Positions 60,430 to 64,000 of a stretch of DNA of 64,000 nt are shown piece after piece. The notes beneath the pieces are model-generated. The model was not told the DNA's origin and made no database searches. It was given only the letters and a program-made list of their open reading frames with translations. Origin of the DNA: a virus (taxonomy: Duplodnaviria > Caudoviricetes); the IMG/VR virus record IMGVR_UViG_3300031851_000001; one strand, written 5' to 3'. Within the stretch, counting starts at the first letter, position 1. Each line of letters begins with the position of its first letter. Position numbers and translations under genes: made by a program.

Positions 60430-61829
60430 TACCTCGGTCCTCCATTATTGTCATCACCGGCAGTTAAACCTCCACCGCCAACTGATACCGGATCTTCAGG
60501 ATTAATTGCGGTTGATTTTGTAACAGGCTCTGGCGCTTCAATAGGTGTAGCATCTTTTGAAGGTTCAGCAGGAAACGCGCTTTCTGGAGCAACTGAACTA
60601 CCATTTGCCATTTCTACATAATCGTCAATATGTACAGTAGTACCACTTACATGTACGAGGCCATCTGAACCCATACTTAATACACCATCACCTTTAATGT
60701 TAAGTGATGCAGTTCCGTTAATACGAGCAGCTTCAGAAAATATATCAAGTTCTGATGTAGCTTCCATAAAAGTAAGATCTGATTTTAAATGTAATTCGCT
60801 CAATGCTTCCATGTATATTTTGTCAGACTTAATATAAGTACCTTGACCAGATTGGAATTGAATTTCTTTACCAGCTTTTATAATAAGAGAACTAACATTC
60901 GCTTCAAGTTTTACATCGGCTGCTCTAATTTGAGCTTGTTCACCAGCAACTAAAGTAGATTGACCACCTACTGAAAGTAAATGATTACCATGAACTAATG
61001 TTTGCAAATCACCATCAATTTCTTCAGTCTTGTTACCTTTGACTTTAACATATGAATTACCATTGATAGTTACTGTACTAAAGCCACCGCCCATTCCACC
61101 AACTACTTTATGTTCGTTTCTATCTAATACGTCATACTGATCTGACACTGCTTTGTTGACAACAACACCGCGTGAGTCTATTGACATATAAGAACCTTCT
61201 TTATGATATATAAGAATTCTTTCATTGTTTGGCGTATCGTCTAGTTCAATAACATGAGCACCTGACTCAAAAACTCTATTAAAAGGATATTCTGATTGAA
61301 CTGACGGTGACGGCTCAGTCCAATTTCTTTCAGGATCGCCACCCATTTCAACATTTTGAACTCTTGCGCCGTTTTGTGATGAAACAGAAGTCTCGTCCAT
61401 ATATTCAACTCGTGAACGTCGCGAGTTTTGCGGTTGCCCAAAGTCTTCTGGCGCAGATCCACGAGCAAGTAGCTTAGCAGCTTTTGCTGGAATACTTCCC
61501 CACCCGTTTGCCTTTGGATTAATTACTTGTGTATATTGTGTTGGAATTAATCCAAGCACCATTGGTTGTTGAGCACCTTCGCCGTCAAGGAACATGCCAA
61601 ATACAAAACTATTTACTGCAGGCATTCCTAAACCGGGTGTACCATTTGGATCGTAATCGCCTTTAACAACAACGGCCCAAGGCAAGTCTTCTGTGCGAAT
61701 ATCTGTATTTAAACCGTGAATACCAAACGCACGAACTTTAACTCGTCCTTCTTTACGTGGATCTACGTTTTCCTCAATAACACCAACAAAGAATAGTGGG
61801 TTTCGTATTCCTTTACCATAATCAAACAT
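60429..61829 (-). CDS. gp5: Baseplate hub/spike gp5 (OB-fold plus beta-helix, no lysozyme domain)
   Basis: FFVGVIE...DP...GRVKVR.FG.H...LPWA...FG.FLDG..AQ.P.VLG; YPFNRV.ESG.H..E.DDTP..ERI...H..G; V.G...E.I.G repeats. Confidence 0.88.
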   Translation of the reverse strand: MFDYGKGIRNPLFFVGVIEENVDPRKEGRVKVRAFGIHGLNTDIRTEDLPWAVVVKGDYDPNGTPGLGMPAVNSFVFGMFLDGEGAQQPMVLGLIPTQYTQVINPKANGWGSIPAKAAKLLARGSAPEDFGQPQNSRRSRVEYMDETSVSSQNGARVQNVEMGGDPERNWTEPSPSVQSEYPFNRVFESGAHVIELDDTPNNERILIYHKEGSYMSIDSRGVVVNKAVSDQYDVLDRNEHKVVGGMGGGFSTVTINGNSYVKVKGNKTEEIDGDLQTLVHGNHLLSVGGQSTLVAGEQAQIRAADVKLEANVSSLIIKAGKEIQFQSGQGTYIKSDKIYMEALSELHLKSDLTFMEATSELDIFSEAARINGTASLNIKGDGVLSMGSDGLVHVSGTTVHIDDYVEMANGSSVAPESAFPAEPSKDATPIEAPEPVTKSTAINPEDPVSVGGGGLTAGDDNNGGPR

Positions 61830-63204
61830 TTATATCACCTTTACTCCAACCAAACTTTTGCAGTCTTAAACCGCAATGTAAAGTTCCTTTATCATCTCTA
61901 TTATGGTTTACAGTTTCAACCAAGTACTTCCCAGACATTGTTGTATTTTTTTCTAATTTGTCAACTCCATCTAAATTTTTAATATCTAAATTAACTATCA
62001 TTCCGGGTCTAATATCTAAACGACCTTTCATTTTGGCTGATAACAATGTTTTATTTAAATGATGTCTATAAGAAAGTCTGTTAGCAATAATTTGTGGTAT
62101 AAACCTGTCAGTATGTAAAGCACTTGGTATATCGCCACTTTGTTGATAATCTTTAAACACTAAAAAGTCTTTGGCATTTTCATCTGTAAATGTATCATCT
62201 CTAAAACTTGATGTATGTGTATCGTCTGTTAAGTCACGTGGTGACCCTGACATATCAATATATTTGGCATTCTTGTCGTATGACCAAATGTTTGTAACTA
62301 ACTTTCTTCTGACTAAATCAATTTCAGTTGTTTTATTTTTATATGCGCCAGAAAGCATATCAGCCGCAGTGTTTAAACCTTTATTAATAATAGTTAACTC
62401 ATCAATTCTATTAATTTGATCTATAGGCTTTCGTGGGTCGTTAGAAGAAGCCGGTGAATAAAACAAATCAATTATTTCTTTTCTTTGTGCGGTTTTAATA
62501 AAGTATTCGTCTGTGCAAAAATAAAAGTTGTCTACTGTTTCAAAAAACTTAAACGAACAAGATGGAGTTTCTGGCTGAAAGCTCATGTTTGATAAAAATT
62601 GCATAGCCTGCGTTGGAAGATAATTGGGTATAGTACAGTTAGTCATATTCGTTGTTGGCTGCAAAATAAAATTTCTATTTTCTTCTTCGGTAATTGGCAT
62701 TACATACGCAGCATATTCTAAAGGACGATTAGTAACAGGATCCAAATATTTCTTTCCGCCGAGCGGTCCAAAATACGTATTAAACAATTCGCGAGCAATT
62801 TGATCCATAGACTTTTGCTTAAACGCTTTAATAATTCTACGTTTGCTAGCTTTATAAGTTAAATTTGAAACGAAATTAATATTAAATAACAGCTTACTGC
62901 TTGATTCATCTACTGATATACTATCAATACTATATGTGTGTGTCTTTAAATTAACTTCTGTATTAAAATCATGACCTACAAATTTTAATTCGAGCGTTTC
63001 TTCACCACGAATTGGAAAGCTTTCAAACAAACCAATACTATCAAGTAAAGTTAGCGAACCGTTGTAGCTAGCACTACTCATCGTTTGACTTAAACTAAAG
63101 GACACAATTTGTGCCGTGATGTTTTCTGATTTGCTACCATCGTGCGATGTCATTATTGCTTCAACAACATCTGCCGTTCCCGGATTAAATTGTGTATCTG
63201 CCAT
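61822..63204 (-). CDS. Baseplate hub protein (gp27/gpD-like)
   Basis: Position between gp53 and gp5. C-terminal G.......PG..V.L.I......SGKYLV..V.H pattern of hub proteins. Confidence 0.65.
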   Translation of the reverse strand: MADTQFNPGTADVVEAIMTSHDGSKSENITAQIVSFSLSQTMSSASYNGSLTLLDSIGLFESFPIRGEETLELKFVGHDFNTEVNLKTHTYSIDSISVDESSSKLLFNINFVSNLTYKASKRRIIKAFKQKSMDQIARELFNTYFGPLGGKKYLDPVTNRPLEYAAYVMPITEEENRNFILQPTTNMTNCTIPNYLPTQAMQFLSNMSFQPETPSCSFKFFETVDNFYFCTDEYFIKTAQRKEIIDLFYSPASSNDPRKPIDQINRIDELTIINKGLNTAADMLSGAYKNKTTEIDLVRRKLVTNIWSYDKNAKYIDMSGSPRDLTDDTHTSSFRDDTFTDENAKDFLVFKDYQQSGDIPSALHTDRFIPQIIANRLSYRHHLNKTLLSAKMKGRLDIRPGMIVNLDIKNLDGVDKLEKNTTMSGKYLVETVNHNRDDKGTLHCGLRLQKFGWSKGDINV

Positions 63205-63461
63205 TATTTGCTACGCATTTTCTTTCTAAACGAATCGGTAACTTGTGGTAAATAAGCGTTATCCACCAAAAAGATTTCTTTTTTATTATTGTTATCGGCT
63301 AATTCCTGATCGTAAACTCTCCAAGGTTTCCATTCATCTGGAATAATACGTTTAATAATAATCTTACGTCCTTGTTCTGTACGTAAAATAATCCGGTCTT
63401 CCTTACGTAAATAAATCGTTCGGAATGACTCGGGAGCAAGTTTAACAATATCAACTGCCAT
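63204..63461 (-). CDS. Probable C-terminal half of gp53, encoded as a separate gene
   Basis: Ends VYDQE...NNNKKEIFLVDNAYL, like the gp53 C-terminal (Y.YE...NE.KR.I.L) motif. Has its own GAGGT Shine-Dalgarno site. Confidence 0.6.
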   Translation of the reverse strand: MAVDIVKLAPESFRTIYLRKEDRIILRTEQGRKIIIKRIIPDEWKPWRVYDQELADNNNKKEIFLVDNAYLPQVTDSFRKKMRSK

Positions 63462-63465
63462 TTAG

Positions 63466-63840
63466 TTATACCTCTTTATAATAGTATAGGATGTTTTCAG
63501 GGTTATCATCCTTCGTCCAATCAACAATATCTTCACCAACTAATCCTGAGGCTTCGCCATACTTTGCAATTAAATAATTATTAAAGTCTTGTTCTGATTT
63601 AGGCCAATCGTGGTATGGGTCCAGCATAGAATTTGCGAAATATACAACCCACGTGTAATCAACACTGCCATAATAAAATTCAGCAATGTCTTCTGGTCTC
63701 TCACCTTCTTTAACAGTATATGGTAAATACATTAAAGGATTGTTAGAGACTTCTTTTGTAAAGTTAGTACGTCTAGTAATATCTCGTACTAATTTGCCTT
63801 CGTATTCTATTAAAGGAAAGTTTTCAAAATATTTTGCCAT
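63466..63840 (-). CDS. gp53: Baseplate wedge subunit gp53 (N-terminal part, LysM-like)
   Basis: YF..FP.I.Y; Y.VKEGERPE.IA..YYG...Y.WVV...N...DP..DWP. Confidence 0.85.
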   Translation of the reverse strand: MAKYFENFPLIEYEGKLVRDITRRTNFTKEVSNNPLMYLPYTVKEGERPEDIAEFYYGSVDYTWVVYFANSMLDPYHDWPKSEQDFNNYLIAKYGEASGLVGEDIVDWTKDDNPENILYYYKEV

Positions 63841-64000
63841 TATCCTGCACTCGCACTAATTATGTTTTGTCTTCTTTGTTCTTCATCTGAAAGCGCAATA
63901 TCCTGGCCACCTGATGTACCATAATCATGCGATGTTTCAATTTCTAATTCAGTCATATTGAGACTAAGAGTAACACCAGCAGGTTTACCACCTTTCATAA
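63840..64000 (-). CDS. C-terminus of probable tail tube cap gp48 (truncated by window edge; not in the ORF track)
   Basis: Hand translation gives ...MKGGKPAGVTLSLNMTELEIETSHDYG...ISASAG*. The G.P..V.L.L...E.EI.T..D pattern is gp48-like. TAATG overlap with gp53. Confidence 0.6.
   Translation of the reverse strand, partial: MKGGKPAGVTLSLNMTELEIETSHDYGTSGGQDIALSDEEQRRQNIISASAG

Noticed and set aside
8603-62419. Remaining short nested ORFs on both strands inside long genes
   Set aside because: Fully overlapped by well-supported long CDSs, with no motifs or RBS evidence.

Overview
This window is part of a large T4-like (myovirus) phage genome. Almost every real gene lies on the minus strand in one tightly coupled block. 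In transcription order (right to left) it has: (1) a baseplate module (gp48 partial, split gp53, hub, gp5, M15 peptidase, gp25, gp6, gp7-like, gp9/10-like, S8 protease, gp8, DUF4815/VrlC-like); (2) about 35 kb of fibre/adhesin and giant virion genes, including a gp37/gp38-like pair, a 4017-aa repeat protein, a Gln-rich collagen-like fibre and a 2795-aa repeat fibre; (3) a roughly 8 kb cluster fused to the last fibre gene. That cluster holds two paralogous ~126-aa proteins ending in YYCHASCH(S/T)SCHSSRGRR, five paralogous radical SAM enzymes with atypical motifs, and two unknown proteins. It looks like a phage-encoded RiPP-type modification system, possibly acting on virion proteins, and is the best candidate for an undescribed system. 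A second striking signal is 11 copies, in the 4017-aa protein, of a motif matching the register of the phycobiliprotein chromophore-binding helix (KCxRD.G(Y)....GG). Five exact T4 late promoters (TATAAATA) sit in intergenic gaps. All family assignments come from motifs recognised by eye; no database searches were run. Internal repeat and domain coordinates are approximate.
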